A stretch of 64,000 bases of DNA from a virus. The translations under genes and the position numbers were made by a program. Shown here one piece after another: positions 1 through 9,180 of this stretch (position 1 is its first letter; each line of letters begins with the position of its first letter). The notes under the pieces were generated by a model. It was not told where the DNA came from. It ran no database searches and saw only the letters and a program-made list of their open reading frames with translations. The DNA lies in IMG/VR virus record IMGVR_UViG_3300011271_000002, positions 1-64,000 of that record; one strand, 5' to 3'.

Positions 1-81
1 ATAGAGCCGCCCCGCCTCGATAAACAGGTCGAGCCTGCGTCTTTGTTCCTCTGCCTCAGCGAGGATCTTATTGATGTTCAT
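1..81 (-). CDS. small protein, partial (runs off window edge)
   Basis: ATG at 81 after GAAAGGGTGA RBS; MNINKILAEAEEQRRRLDLFIEAGRLY; resembles small coiled-coil proteins I associate with Acidobacteria (recollection). Confidence 0.5.
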   Translation of the reverse strand, partial: MNINKILAEAEEQRRRLDLFIEAGRLY

Positions 82-116
82 TATGGTTCACCCTTTCTGA
101 TTTTACTGACTTACGC

Positions 117-575
117 TCATATCGGAACGGGGAACTCGCGCCATTCCCGGCCATCGAGTAATGCTCCGGCATCGTGCTTATTGCCCACCTTCACCAATTC
201 GGAAGTATGCTCTCCCCACTGGTGCCCTTTCCGCTTAAGCCAATTACAATTTCTGCAAAGAACTTGTAGAGTGACCAGCGCCTCTTCTGGATTGGCGACA
301 TAATAATCCAGCATCGAGCGAGCTCCACTAAACTCCCTACGATCAGCGGCACCGTCATCGTGAATGTGGTCGAACTCCAAGACGCGAATATCGGCATGGC
401 CGCAACCAACGCACTCCTTGCCGAGTATTTCGTAAAGGGCTTGGCGCTTCGCGTAGTAAGTGTCCTTTAGCCACTTGGCCTGCTTCGCTAATCTTGCTGG
501 GCCGTGCACCGATAAACCCTTGGCTCTCTGGCGTGCGCGCCATCGTTGCACTGCTGGCGTGGAATTAATTTCCAT
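117..575 (-). CDS. HNH-type endonuclease fused to a displaced DUF5131 C-terminus
   Basis: CxxC..FDH..LCxxCN motif; C-terminal GEH..LVKVG...AG.LLDGREW.EFP matches the end of the upstream gene. Confidence 0.75.
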   Translation of the reverse strand: MEINSTPAVQRWRARQRAKGLSVHGPARLAKQAKWLKDTYYAKRQALYEILGKECVGCGHADIRVLEFDHIHDDGAADRREFSGARSMLDYYVANPEEALVTLQVLCRNCNWLKRKGHQWGEHTSELVKVGNKHDAGALLDGREWREFPVPI

Positions 576-1347
576 AGTTAACCTTTGGGAATTCTAGCCA
601 TTCTCTGCCGTCCAGCATCCTGCCAGCGTTCTTCTTCCCGATCTTTACAAGATTTTCGTTGTGCTCGCCGAATTGCTTGAAGTGGAAGGCGATTCCGCGC
701 GATATGGCAGCATCGCGAATCCGCCGTGCCCAATCGGCCTGCATTGGCCGCGCATGTGGTCCTGATTCTCCGCCCACGATCACCCAGTCGATTCCGTCAA
801 GATGTTCGCCGATGGTTGGAATGTCGGCAAGCAACGGCTCGATACTCAACGCACACACGACAGCACGGGTCGCCCTTACTGAATCGGCACGCCATAAATA
901 CTCTGGACTTTCGACGGTCGTGATGCACCAAACATTTTTCGGGAACCCAAACTGCCCATGCCAATATTCGGGCGTAAAGCGACGGAAGTTCTGCGGCCTT
1001 TTAGTGGTGAGCAGCCAATCGATCCAAGGCGTGTATTTGATTTCTTCAAAGAGACGGCTGCGGGGATAATCCAGGTCCGCCCGATCCTCCATCACGTCGC
1101 ACCAGCTGCCGCAGAATACGCGCTTCCGAAGACCTTCCTTTTCTGCCACCGCATTCCACTTTCGCGGCTGCTTCCAGTACGAATCGGAAGTAACTCGGCG
1201 TACGGCGTCCTTACCCCATTCGCAGTAGCCGTACCGCTTAGTGTCGGTTTCGGCATAGCAAAAATCGCACGCTGGGGAAACTTTTGTGCATCCCGCCCAC
1301 GGGTTAAAAGTTGCGTGGCACCAAGAAATGGCGGTGTGTTCGCCCAC
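565..1347 (-). CDS. phage Gp37/Gp68 (DUF5131) radical-SAM-like protein
   Basis: TFNPWAGCTKVSPACDFCYAE, LLTTKRP, SIEPLL, WVIVGGESGP, FHFKQFG motifs. Confidence 0.9.
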   Translation of the reverse strand: MGEHTAISWCHATFNPWAGCTKVSPACDFCYAETDTKRYGYCEWGKDAVRRVTSDSYWKQPRKWNAVAEKEGLRKRVFCGSWCDVMEDRADLDYPRSRLFEEIKYTPWIDWLLTTKRPQNFRRFTPEYWHGQFGFPKNVWCITTVESPEYLWRADSVRATRAVVCALSIEPLLADIPTIGEHLDGIDWVIVGGESGPHARPMQADWARRIRDAAISRGIAFHFKQFGEHNENLVKIGKKNAGRMLDGREWLEFPKVNYGN

Positions 1348-1348
1348 G

Positions 1349-1687
1349 TTATTTCACTTCCTCCGGTATCGCCATGGCCTGAATTTCCCCGAGCCTCATC
1401 TTCTGCTGTGCCGCCCGTTTCTCCGCGAGCTTCTGCCCTCTGGACTGGCCCAGGCGGACCAAGCGCGTCCCGATGAGCGCTAGAAGCCCATACAGCCCAA
1501 AGCGAATTAGGACGGTCGCCAACGCGATTACAGCAATCGCTAGCGCAAGCCAACCAGCGAACAGCAAGGGGCCTACATGCTCCAGCCAAAACTCTAACAG
1601 CGTGAAGAGTATTCCGCCGAACACCAACACGCCCGCGAGGATCGTGAAGTTGCGGTCGGTAGATGTTGGAAAGTCCAGTTTTTTCAC
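1349..1687 (-). CDS. small membrane protein
   Basis: 2-3 hydrophobic segments; GAAAGGGTGA RBS before GTG. Confidence 0.65.
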   Translation of the reverse strand: MKKLDFPTSTDRNFTILAGVLVFGGILFTLLEFWLEHVGPLLFAGWLALAIAVIALATVLIRFGLYGLLALIGTRLVRLGQSRGQKLAEKRAAQQKMRLGEIQAMAIPEEVK

Positions 1688-1702
1688 GGTTCACCCTTTC
1701 TG

Positions 1703-1921
1703 TTATTTGCTCTTTGGCGTGTAGTGTCCGCGGGCGATTCGACACCGCAGGCACATGCAGCGATAGCCCTTGCCGGTGATTGTTTTTCTGGATCCGATCG
1801 GCAATCCCTTGACGTGTTTGACGCGCGGTTTGGAACCGCCCCCGCCGCGAGTCTTCCGCAAGGACGATGCCCATCGCAGTACGTCGGATATAGCCTTTGA
1901 GGACGGTTTATCATTCGCCAT
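1703..1921 (-). CDS. small basic protein, possible regulator (leaderless)
   Basis: Lys/Arg-rich with CxCxxC; ATG 7 nt after a -10 box. Confidence 0.55.
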   Translation of the reverse strand: MANDKPSSKAISDVLRWASSLRKTRGGGGSKPRVKHVKGLPIGSRKTITGKGYRCMCLRCRIARGHYTPKSK

Positions 1922-1928
1922 GGCTCCG

Positions 1929-1958
1929 AGTATCAGCCACCAGCCATGTCATTGTCAA
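1929..1958 (-). promoter_or_regulatory. sigma70-type promoter
   Basis: TTGACA-18nt-GATACT on the minus strand. Confidence 0.6.
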
Positions 1959-2085
1959 GCTCTCGTGCTAGCGCGTCGCCGCTGCGATGTCGCCGTAAAA
2001 CGCACGAAACCACGCTGCCACATACTTTAGAGCCAATAAATATGCCTATTCCATTGATTTCAAAGGTGGTAAAGTTGCCTTTTTA

Positions 2086-2169
2086 TTGTCACTGACTACT
2101 AGCAAAGTGTCATTATATATATGTAGCGCGATTGAGAGACGCGAGACATAGCTTTTTGACAATCTGACA
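2086..2169 (+). promoter_or_regulatory. probable promoter of the plus-strand cassette with boxA-like element
   Basis: TTGTCA (2086), TGnCATTAT/TATATA AT-rich -10 region, GCTTTTTGACAA (2151-2162) resembling boxA GCTCTTTAACAA. Confidence 0.45.
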
Positions 2170-2490
2170 AACGAGTTCCGCAGTTCGAACCCGCGCGTCG
2201 CGAATAGCAAATCTGGAAAGTCTGAGCCGCAGGGCGTAAGACGGCAAGCAGCCTTCGAGAGATCACCCACAGTAGAAAGCGATAGTCGAGACGACAACCG
2301 CGAAAGAATCGAACCGCGTGTACGCAGATCGATTACCCGAACGTGATTAGCAGAGGCACGACGTTGCGAAGCGGCAGAGCGATGACGAATCCAGACAAGC
2401 ACCGCAAATGATTAGGTCGCGTGCAGCCCGACCGGGCGAGACGTGACCCACCCTATCCACCGAAATCCCAAAAACTAAAAAAGGAAATCT

Positions 2491-3570
2491 ATGACCCCAA
2501 CCACTCAATTGAATGACTCTCTGAAACCTAGCGAACTTGGCAGCGCGCTGCGCACCTTGTTTGCAGCTAAACGCGCCCCGATGATTCACGGCGACCCCGG
2601 AATCGGAAAGTCGCAAATCACCCAACAGGTTGCCGATGAGATGTTCGCCACAAAATACGGATACTCAATCGACGCACATGGCGACCTACTCGATCCCGAT
2701 GGGAAAGAGACAACGAACCGCCCGTGGTTCCGCGACGTGCGCGCCGCTCTACTAGATGCGGTCGATCTCAGAGGATTGCCTGTCGTCAACGGCGGTGGCC
2801 GCGCGCATTGGGCACAACCTGAATTCCTGCCACGCGACGAACGTGGCGGGATATTCTTTCTGGATGAAATCAATCGTGGCACAGAGATGGTTCGCAACGG
2901 TTGCTTTTCGCTCGTGCTAACCGGCGAGCTTGGCGAGTACAAAATGCCGGCCAACTGGATCCCAGCTTCGGCCGTCAACGATAATGACATCGGTGCCGCG
3001 AAAATGTCTAGCGCATTGCTGGCGCGTTTCGTTCACTTGGACGCTGGCACCGATCTAAACGACGTCTGCAAATTCGCAGTGCAGACCGATTGGGAGCCAG
3101 TTACAATCGCCTTCCTGCGCTTTCGTCCCGAGCTCCTTCATGAATATGATCGCAAACAGCGAGTGTCGCCAAACCCGCGCGCCTGGCAGTTTGTTTCCCA
3201 GATCACCGCGCAAGCGCCGCCGCCAGCAATCGAGCATGCGCTATTTTCTGGCGCGGTTGGTTCGACGGCCGCCGTTGAATATTCAGCGTTTCTCAGATTG
3301 TTCCGCAGTCTGCCATCCATCGACGCCGTGTTGCTCGATCCAAAGAAGGCCGCAGTGCCCACGGAAGCCAACGTATTGTATGCGATCTCGGCAGCCCTGG
3401 CGAGACGTGCAAGCGATCAGAATTTCGCCCGCGTCGTTACTTATCTTGAACGCCTGCCGGTCGAATACAACGTCTATGCTGTGCGCGACGCCGTAACCCG
3501 AGACTCTTCGCTGCAATCGACGCCCGAATTCACCAAGTGGGGCGTTCAACATTCCGACGTGACGTTCTAA
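2491..3570 (+). CDS. MoxR-like AAA+ ATPase
   Basis: GDPGIGKS Walker A, FFLDEINR Walker B, ALLARF arginine finger, PNPRAW. Confidence 0.9.
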   Translation: MTPTTQLNDSLKPSELGSALRTLFAAKRAPMIHGDPGIGKSQITQQVADEMFATKYGYSIDAHGDLLDPDGKETTNRPWFRDVRAALLDAVDLRGLPVVNGGGRAHWAQPEFLPRDERGGIFFLDEINRGTEMVRNGCFSLVLTGELGEYKMPANWIPASAVNDNDIGAAKMSSALLARFVHLDAGTDLNDVCKFAVQTDWEPVTIAFLRFRPELLHEYDRKQRVSPNPRAWQFVSQITAQAPPPAIEHALFSGAVGSTAAVEYSAFLRLFRSLPSIDAVLLDPKKAAVPTEANVLYAISAALARRASDQNFARVVTYLERLPVEYNVYAVRDAVTRDSSLQSTPEFTKWGVQHSDVTF

Positions 3571-3615
3571 ACGCCGCGCCAAATCTGAAACGAATCCAAA
3601 ACCAAAGGAAACTAT

Positions 3616-4491
3616 ATGAATCATCGAATCAATGAATCAGCAATGCTCGTGTCGCTCAACATCAGCCAGTGGCGCGCGTACAAGTCCGATAAGAAGATTT
3701 CCAACGAGGTCGCCAAGACGCATTCGTCCGACCCCGACATGGGCAAGTATCGAAAGTCGCTGCTCGCCCGAGAAGCGCTGGCTTCCCTTCAGAAGATCGC
3801 CGGCGCCGCTCGGGACGATCACTACTACTTGACACTGCCTTGGACCGATGTTGGGTTTCGAATCCTTTCATCGGCTGGCTACTTCAAATATAACCAAACG
3901 ATGAAGGCGCACGAGACAGCCTTCTGGAATGAGTTTCGCACCGTGTTTCAACCCAACTACAATCAATACCGCGAGGACGCCCGCGTGAAACTAAACGGGC
4001 TGTTTAACGCCGACGAATATCCCAGCGCTGCTGAAATCGAGAAAAAATTTGCCTTCGTCCTGACTGTCGACGGCATAAAAGAGGCCGCCGACTTCCGCGT
4101 CGATCTTGGCGATGCGGAAACAGCGCGCATCAAAGCTGAAATCGAGACTCGCGTTCAATCTCAAATCGCCCTCGCGGTAAAGGATATCTGGACTCGCCTG
4201 TCCAGCGTTGTAGCCAAAATGAGTGAACGCCTAAACGCCTACACCGAAACTGAGAATGGTGTCGTCGGAACCTTCCGCGATACGCTCGTGACCAACATCG
4301 TCGAACTGCTTGACGTTGTGCCGCTGCTAAACATTACCAGTGACCCGGCCATCGATCAGTTCTGCAAACGGATCCGCCGTGAACTGACCGCCCATTCACC
4401 CGAAGAGCTGCGCGATAGCGAGATCGTACGGAAGGACACCGCCCGACGCGCTGACGACATCCTCAGCCAGATGTCTGGATACCTAGCATGA
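3616..4491 (+). CDS. DUF3150-like protein
   Basis: LVSLNISQW, TLPW, LNGLFNADEYP; typical position between AAA and VWA-peptidase genes. Confidence 0.65.
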   Translation: MNHRINESAMLVSLNISQWRAYKSDKKISNEVAKTHSSDPDMGKYRKSLLAREALASLQKIAGAARDDHYYLTLPWTDVGFRILSSAGYFKYNQTMKAHETAFWNEFRTVFQPNYNQYREDARVKLNGLFNADEYPSAAEIEKKFAFVLTVDGIKEAADFRVDLGDAETARIKAEIETRVQSQIALAVKDIWTRLSSVVAKMSERLNAYTETENGVVGTFRDTLVTNIVELLDVVPLLNITSDPAIDQFCKRIRRELTAHSPEELRDSEIVRKDTARRADDILSQMSGYLA

Positions 4492-5783
4492 CCACCAAAC
4501 TCTCACCCGATGAACTCATGATGACCCGCGCACGCACGCGGCTGCTATTGGAGCAGCCGTTTTTCGGGTCATTGGCGATGCGCCTGAAACTCATCGCCGA
4601 TCCCAGCATCGAAACCATGCAGACCAACGGAACGGTGTTGAAATTCAATCCAGTCCTTGCGCGATCACTGCCCGAGCGGCAATTGCTTGGCGTGATCGCG
4701 CATGAGGTTTGGCATTGTGCTTTGCTTCATCCCTTCCGCCGTGGCGCTCGTGACCCACACGAATGGAACGTGGCGTGCGACCACGCCATAAATCCAGTGC
4801 TGATCGAATTCGGTTTCGAATTGCCCGCTGGCGTTTTGAATGATCCCCAATATAAGGGCATGTACGCCGAACAGATTCACGCCAAGCGCAAAGCCGAAGA
4901 GCCGATGCAGAAGCCGCGGCCTGAGCCCGAATCAGAATCCGAGCCTGAATCTGAATCCGATGATGACGACGGCGACGAAACTTCGGCTGAGGACGGCGAT
5001 CAAATCGGCGATTCAAAAAGCGATGAAGCGAACGGCGATGCTGATACCCCGAGCGACAACGCTGACAGCACGTCAGGCGGATCAATGCCCGGCTGCCCGA
5101 CCGGCGAATTCGTAGACGGCGATTCGAGCGTGCCTGAAACCGCCGACGAACCACAGCCCATGACCCAAGAGGATTGGGCAATCGCCGCCGAACAAGCGGC
5201 CTGTGTAGCGCGCGCGGCCGGATCTTTGCCGGGCGGCGCAGAGCGGGAACTGAAACGTTCTCGGGATGCCGTCGTCGATTGGCGATCAGCGTTGCGCGAG
5301 TTCATCGTTCAATCCGCGCCCAGCGATTATTCCTGGACGGCGCCCAATCGCCGTTTCATTTCGTCCGGCATCTACCTTCCGGGCACCATAAACGACACCA
5401 TCGGTGAAATCGTCGCCGGTGTCGATACCTCGTGCTCCATCTCACAAGAGATGTTGGACGAATTCGCCAGCGAACTCACCGCGGTTATCGACGAAGTCAA
5501 GCCCGAGCGCCTGCACGCGGTTTATTGCGATGCACGCGTCCAGGGCAACGCCGAATTCGAGCCCGGTGACGACGTGGTGCTAAAACTTGCCGGCGGCGGC
5601 GGCACCGCGTTCCAGTCTGTCTTCGATTGGGTAGAGGAACGCGACATTCACCCGCGCGTTGCCGTCTATTTCACCGATCTTGAAGGCCCCGCGCCAATAG
5701 AACCAGACTACCCCGTATTGTGGGTAACGCCCGCCTGGGTAACGCTTGACCCACCCTTCGGGCAAGTGATTCGCCTCATCTGA
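4488..5783 (+). CDS. metallopeptidase (DUF2201-like) plus VWA-like domain protein
   Basis: HEVWH zincin motif, WNVACD..IN, acidic linker, DTSCS MIDAS-like motif, GGGGTAF, YFTDL. Confidence 0.9.
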   Translation: MTTKLSPDELMMTRARTRLLLEQPFFGSLAMRLKLIADPSIETMQTNGTVLKFNPVLARSLPERQLLGVIAHEVWHCALLHPFRRGARDPHEWNVACDHAINPVLIEFGFELPAGVLNDPQYKGMYAEQIHAKRKAEEPMQKPRPEPESESEPESESDDDDGDETSAEDGDQIGDSKSDEANGDADTPSDNADSTSGGSMPGCPTGEFVDGDSSVPETADEPQPMTQEDWAIAAEQAACVARAAGSLPGGAERELKRSRDAVVDWRSALREFIVQSAPSDYSWTAPNRRFISSGIYLPGTINDTIGEIVAGVDTSCSISQEMLDEFASELTAVIDEVKPERLHAVYCDARVQGNAEFEPGDDVVLKLAGGGGTAFQSVFDWVEERDIHPRVAVYFTDLEGPAPIEPDYPVLWVTPAWVTLDPPFGQVIRLI

Positions 5784-5848
5784 TTTGCGCCGGGGCTGCA
5801 AAAAGCCCTTTGAGCGTTCCCTCAAATTTTCAATCTGAAAGGAAATCT

Positions 5849-6070
5849 ATGAAGCAAAATATCTTCGTTATCAATTGGCAACCGCTCGGCAATAGCCGTT
5901 ACAGAATTAACATCCCGCACGCATACGCGGATGTTCGACTCACATGGAACGGCGAGTGTTGGAGGGCTTATGTCCTCGATACCAATTCCAATCACAGTCA
6001 CGAGGACATTGAAAACGCAGCGCTGGCTGCGATAATCGGACCAACCGCGGTGGGACGGACGAGCTCGTGA
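5849..6070 (+). CDS. hypothetical protein
   Basis: AAAGGA RBS; stop overlaps next start. Confidence 0.6.
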   Translation: MKQNIFVINWQPLGNSRYRINIPHAYADVRLTWNGECWRAYVLDTNSNHSHEDIENAALAAIIGPTAVGRTSS

Positions 6071-6519
6071 GAGTCCTCACCGTCCGCCAACCTTACGCTT
6101 GGCTGATCGTGAATGGCTATAAAAATATCGAGAATCGCGTGTGGCGAACGCATCACCGCGGGTCGCTGCTGATCCAAGCCAGCGCGCGCCTCGCGAGAAA
6201 CATACCGGCCATACGCGCCATCTGCGAATCACGTGGAATCTCGCTGCCACGTGATTTCGAACGTCGCGGCATCGTTGGTCGCGCCAACGTGACCGATTGC
6301 GTCACGGACCATTCAAGCCCGTGGTTCGAAGGCCCCTATGGTTTCGTCCTGCAGGACGCCACGCCCTTGCCGTTCGTTCCCTTAGTCGGGCGTCTCGGCA
6401 TGTTCGACTTCGATTGCCAGCCGATGCCAGAGCGCCGCCTGCTCCAATCGACGTTCTTGCTCAATCCAGTGCGCCGGACGCGCTACGGCCGTCCCCTGCG
6501 CGTGCAATTCACCCCTTAA
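6067..6519 (+). CDS. ASCH domain protein
   Basis: LTVRQPYAWLIVNGYKNIENRVW.T.HRG.LLI. Confidence 0.9.
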   Translation: MRVLTVRQPYAWLIVNGYKNIENRVWRTHHRGSLLIQASARLARNIPAIRAICESRGISLPRDFERRGIVGRANVTDCVTDHSSPWFEGPYGFVLQDATPLPFVPLVGRLGMFDFDCQPMPERRLLQSTFLLNPVRRTRYGRPLRVQFTP

Positions 6520-6539
6520 TCGACAAAGGAGATTCAATC

Positions 6540-7610
6540 ATGATGACCGAAACACTTTACTTCACAGATGAACGCAGCGATAAGGTTTATACCGCGACGA
6601 TCACCAAGGAGAATGCCGTGCAATTCGCCTGGGGCCGTCGTGGAGGCACCATGCAGACGAAAACCGTTGGGCCGTTCAGTCCCAGCGAAGCCGCCGAATT
6701 GTACGAGCAAAAACTGGGAGAGAAACGAGCCAAGGGTTACGTTTCCGGCGACCCCGCTACGCCGCTTGAAACTTATGGCACTCCGTCCGATCCCGTGATG
6801 TCAGACGGACTGCGATGGTCAGTTCCGCGCCCGCGCCCGATGTTGCTGAATGAAATCTCGGCCGCCGAACTGCTCGAACTCGCGCCCGATCCAGACATCT
6901 ACTTTCAAGAGAAGCACGACGGCGACCGAATCATCCTCGTGAAACGCGATGGCCGGCTCACGAGCTATTCGCGAAGCGGCCGCGAGACTAGCGCGTTGCC
7001 GCGGCCCATCGTCCAAGCGGCGATGGAATCTCCTTGGCAAGACTTCACCATTGACGGCGAGATCGTCGGCGACACCATCTGGGCCTTTGACGTTTTGCGC
7101 GTTACGGCCGATATGACGGCATGCCCTTACGCCGGGCGACTGGAATTGCTGCACAAGATATTTGGGGAATCATCGAGCGGCATCCGCGTCGTCGAAACCG
7201 CCATGACTCCGGACGCCAAACTGTTCATGTTCGCCTGCGTGCGCGAGGCCGGCGGGGAAGGTGTGGTACTCAAACGAGCCAGTGCGCCATATACGCCCGG
7301 GCGTCCGAACTCGGGCGGGCCAGCATTGAAATATAAATTCGTTGCCACGGCCACCGTGATCGTCGCTTCGCACAATCCGCAACGCAGTGTGAACATGAAA
7401 CTCGCAGATGGCACGGAACTCGGCAGCGTTACTATTCCGCCCAACAAAGAAGTGCCGCCACTAGGCGCGATTATCGAGGTGCGATATTTATACGCTCACC
7501 GCGGAGGATCACTGAGTCAGCCTGTCTTCCTGTCATTGCGGAAGGATATCGAGCCCGCAGAATGCACCATCAACCAACTCAGATTCAAAGGAGAACAACC
7601 CAATGCCTAA
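6540..7610 (+). CDS. WGR-domain ATP-dependent DNA ligase
   Basis: N-terminal SDKVY..WGRRG (WGR); EKHDG adenylation motif, IDGEI, AFDVL, EGVVLK, OB fold with EVRY; start at ATG 6540 after AAAGGAG. Confidence 0.85.
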   Translation: MMTETLYFTDERSDKVYTATITKENAVQFAWGRRGGTMQTKTVGPFSPSEAAELYEQKLGEKRAKGYVSGDPATPLETYGTPSDPVMSDGLRWSVPRPRPMLLNEISAAELLELAPDPDIYFQEKHDGDRIILVKRDGRLTSYSRSGRETSALPRPIVQAAMESPWQDFTIDGEIVGDTIWAFDVLRVTADMTACPYAGRLELLHKIFGESSSGIRVVETAMTPDAKLFMFACVREAGGEGVVLKRASAPYTPGRPNSGGPALKYKFVATATVIVASHNPQRSVNMKLADGTELGSVTIPPNKEVPPLGAIIEVRYLYAHRGGSLSQPVFLSLRKDIEPAECTINQLRFKGEQPNA

Positions 7611-7995
7611 TCGCACGTTGAAACTATTGGTATCTACGACCGAGACGCAAGGGAAACGCACAAGCGATTTCTGCTTCGTGCCTCAAAATGAAATCGTTAT
7701 TTTCGGCGTAGAGTGCAGCACCGACGGCAATAATCCAGATGGTGGCTGCGGTTGCCAGCGCTCGATGGTTGGAATTCTGTGCGGCAAAGCGACGACCACC
7801 GTGAAGGTCGCAAAGGTCGATATTACAAGAGTCAAATTGAAGGCGCTTCTGCGCGGCCACTATCCCAGTTTGCACATTGAACGGGCAACGCTGAAACGGG
7901 AAGTCGCCAATCTGATTGCAACGGCCAGCGAATATTCAATAGGCGCGATCCTTGAGAAGCGCTGCACCGTGTTGGCGATTCGGAGTCAACCGTGA
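7603..7995 (+). CDS. conserved hypothetical Cys-containing protein
   Basis: TQGKRTSDF..C..DGGCGC.RS motif; coupled to neighbours. Confidence 0.65.
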   Translation: MPNRTLKLLVSTTETQGKRTSDFCFVPQNEIVIFGVECSTDGNNPDGGCGCQRSMVGILCGKATTTVKVAKVDITRVKLKALLRGHYPSLHIERATLKREVANLIATASEYSIGAILEKRCTVLAIRSQP

Positions 7996-8306
7996 GCCGC
8001 GCCGAATTGCAGCGACGTCTTCAGATCGGAGTCAAACTCCGACTCGTACGCCACTACGCCGGCCGCGTGAACCTGGCGCGCGAGGTGATCGCCGTGCAAA
8101 CCAACGGGTTCTACACGCGCGGTCCGGACTGCGCAAAAGGCTGGGTTGGTTTCAAAAAGGGCCAGACCATCATCGCCACTCAGAATGGCTTTGAGATTCA
8201 CTGGCCCGCTTACGAAGGAAACACTGACCACAACATCCTCGCATATGAATGGGTCGCAGAGCAATCAGCGCCGCTACAACTCCAATTGCACGGGGCCGCT
8301 CAATGA
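7992..8306 (+). CDS. hypothetical protein
   Basis: GTGA/ATGA overlaps on both sides. Confidence 0.6.
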   Translation: MSRAELQRRLQIGVKLRLVRHYAGRVNLAREVIAVQTNGFYTRGPDCAKGWVGFKKGQTIIATQNGFEIHWPAYEGNTDHNILAYEWVAEQSAPLQLQLHGAAQ

Positions 8307-8836
8307 CCACCGCCGTAACGCTGTACGTCGGCAGCAAACTAGCCGACAACGCACAGTGGACGAATCGATTCGAAATCGTGAGCGAATCATCCGACCGCGT
8401 TTACGTGATCTCCCAAAACAAAGCCAAACGCCACTGGGCATGTTCCTGTCCAGCGTGGAGAACACGCCGCTATTGCAAACACCTCGACACGTTGGGACTG
8501 CCCGGCTATTGCCGACCGCACGAAGCCAAAATCGAGGCTGCCACCAAGACTTTCATGGGCTGTTACAAACGTCGCGCTGGCGTTCGCGGATCTCCTGGCG
8601 ACTGGCAGGCCGCGTTTCATCATCGCATGGGGGTTGACGTCGCCCGAGCTCTACTTGGAGACGAATCCCCACAAGTGGTTTTGAAGGTGTCGCTCGATGC
8701 GCAATGGCCGGAAATCCGATCCGCCTATCGTGCGCAGTCACGCGAAACCCATCCGGACCTGGGCGGCAATCCAGACGCCTTCCGCCGGGTGCAAGCCGCT
8801 TTCGAGATTCTGGAGCACATGCGTAATTTCGTCTGA
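8303..8836 (+). CDS. SWIM zinc finger plus DnaJ (J-domain) protein
   Basis: WACSCPAW..CKHL (SWIM); IRSAYR..HPDLGG...F..VQ.AFEIL (J domain). Confidence 0.85.
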   Translation: MTTAVTLYVGSKLADNAQWTNRFEIVSESSDRVYVISQNKAKRHWACSCPAWRTRRYCKHLDTLGLPGYCRPHEAKIEAATKTFMGCYKRRAGVRGSPGDWQAAFHHRMGVDVARALLGDESPQVVLKVSLDAQWPEIRSAYRAQSRETHPDLGGNPDAFRRVQAAFEILEHMRNFV

Positions 8837-8843
8837 CCCTCCC

Positions 8844-8897
8844 AGCCCAGCCTGCACGTCGCGCACACGAGCGCGACTGCATGTTGGGCTTTTTTTT
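8844..8897 (+). terminator. intrinsic terminator
   Basis: long stem AGCCCAGC..GTCGCGC/GCGCGAC..GTTGGGCT followed by a T run. Confidence 0.8.
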
Positions 8898-9144
8898 GAT
8901 CTGCGCGCGCCGCGATTCAGGCGCTATCAGCGCGGTCTCGCCATCGTTCATCAACCTCTCGCGTCAGACACCGCCCGGACGCGGCAAATCGCGGCTTATA
9001 ACCGGCAAATCATACAAGGCTACTCCATTGAAAACAAACTACTACCACGCTGCATTCAAGAGCGTGTTTTTGACGTTATTTCGCTCACGGCTAAGTCCTT
9101 GAAACCGCTACGGAACCATCTAACGGACTTGCTGTCATGCAACG

Positions 9145-9173
9145 TTGTCACTCACTGCCGAGTCCTCTACACT
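9145..9173 (+). promoter_or_regulatory. sigma70-type promoter
   Basis: TTGTCA-17nt-TACACT. Confidence 0.7.
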
Positions 9174-9180
9174 CGATAGC

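Noticed and set aside
2170-2215. tRNA suggested by a GTTCGAA T-loop-like sequence
   Set aside because: No T-stem, anticodon arm or acceptor stem could be built.
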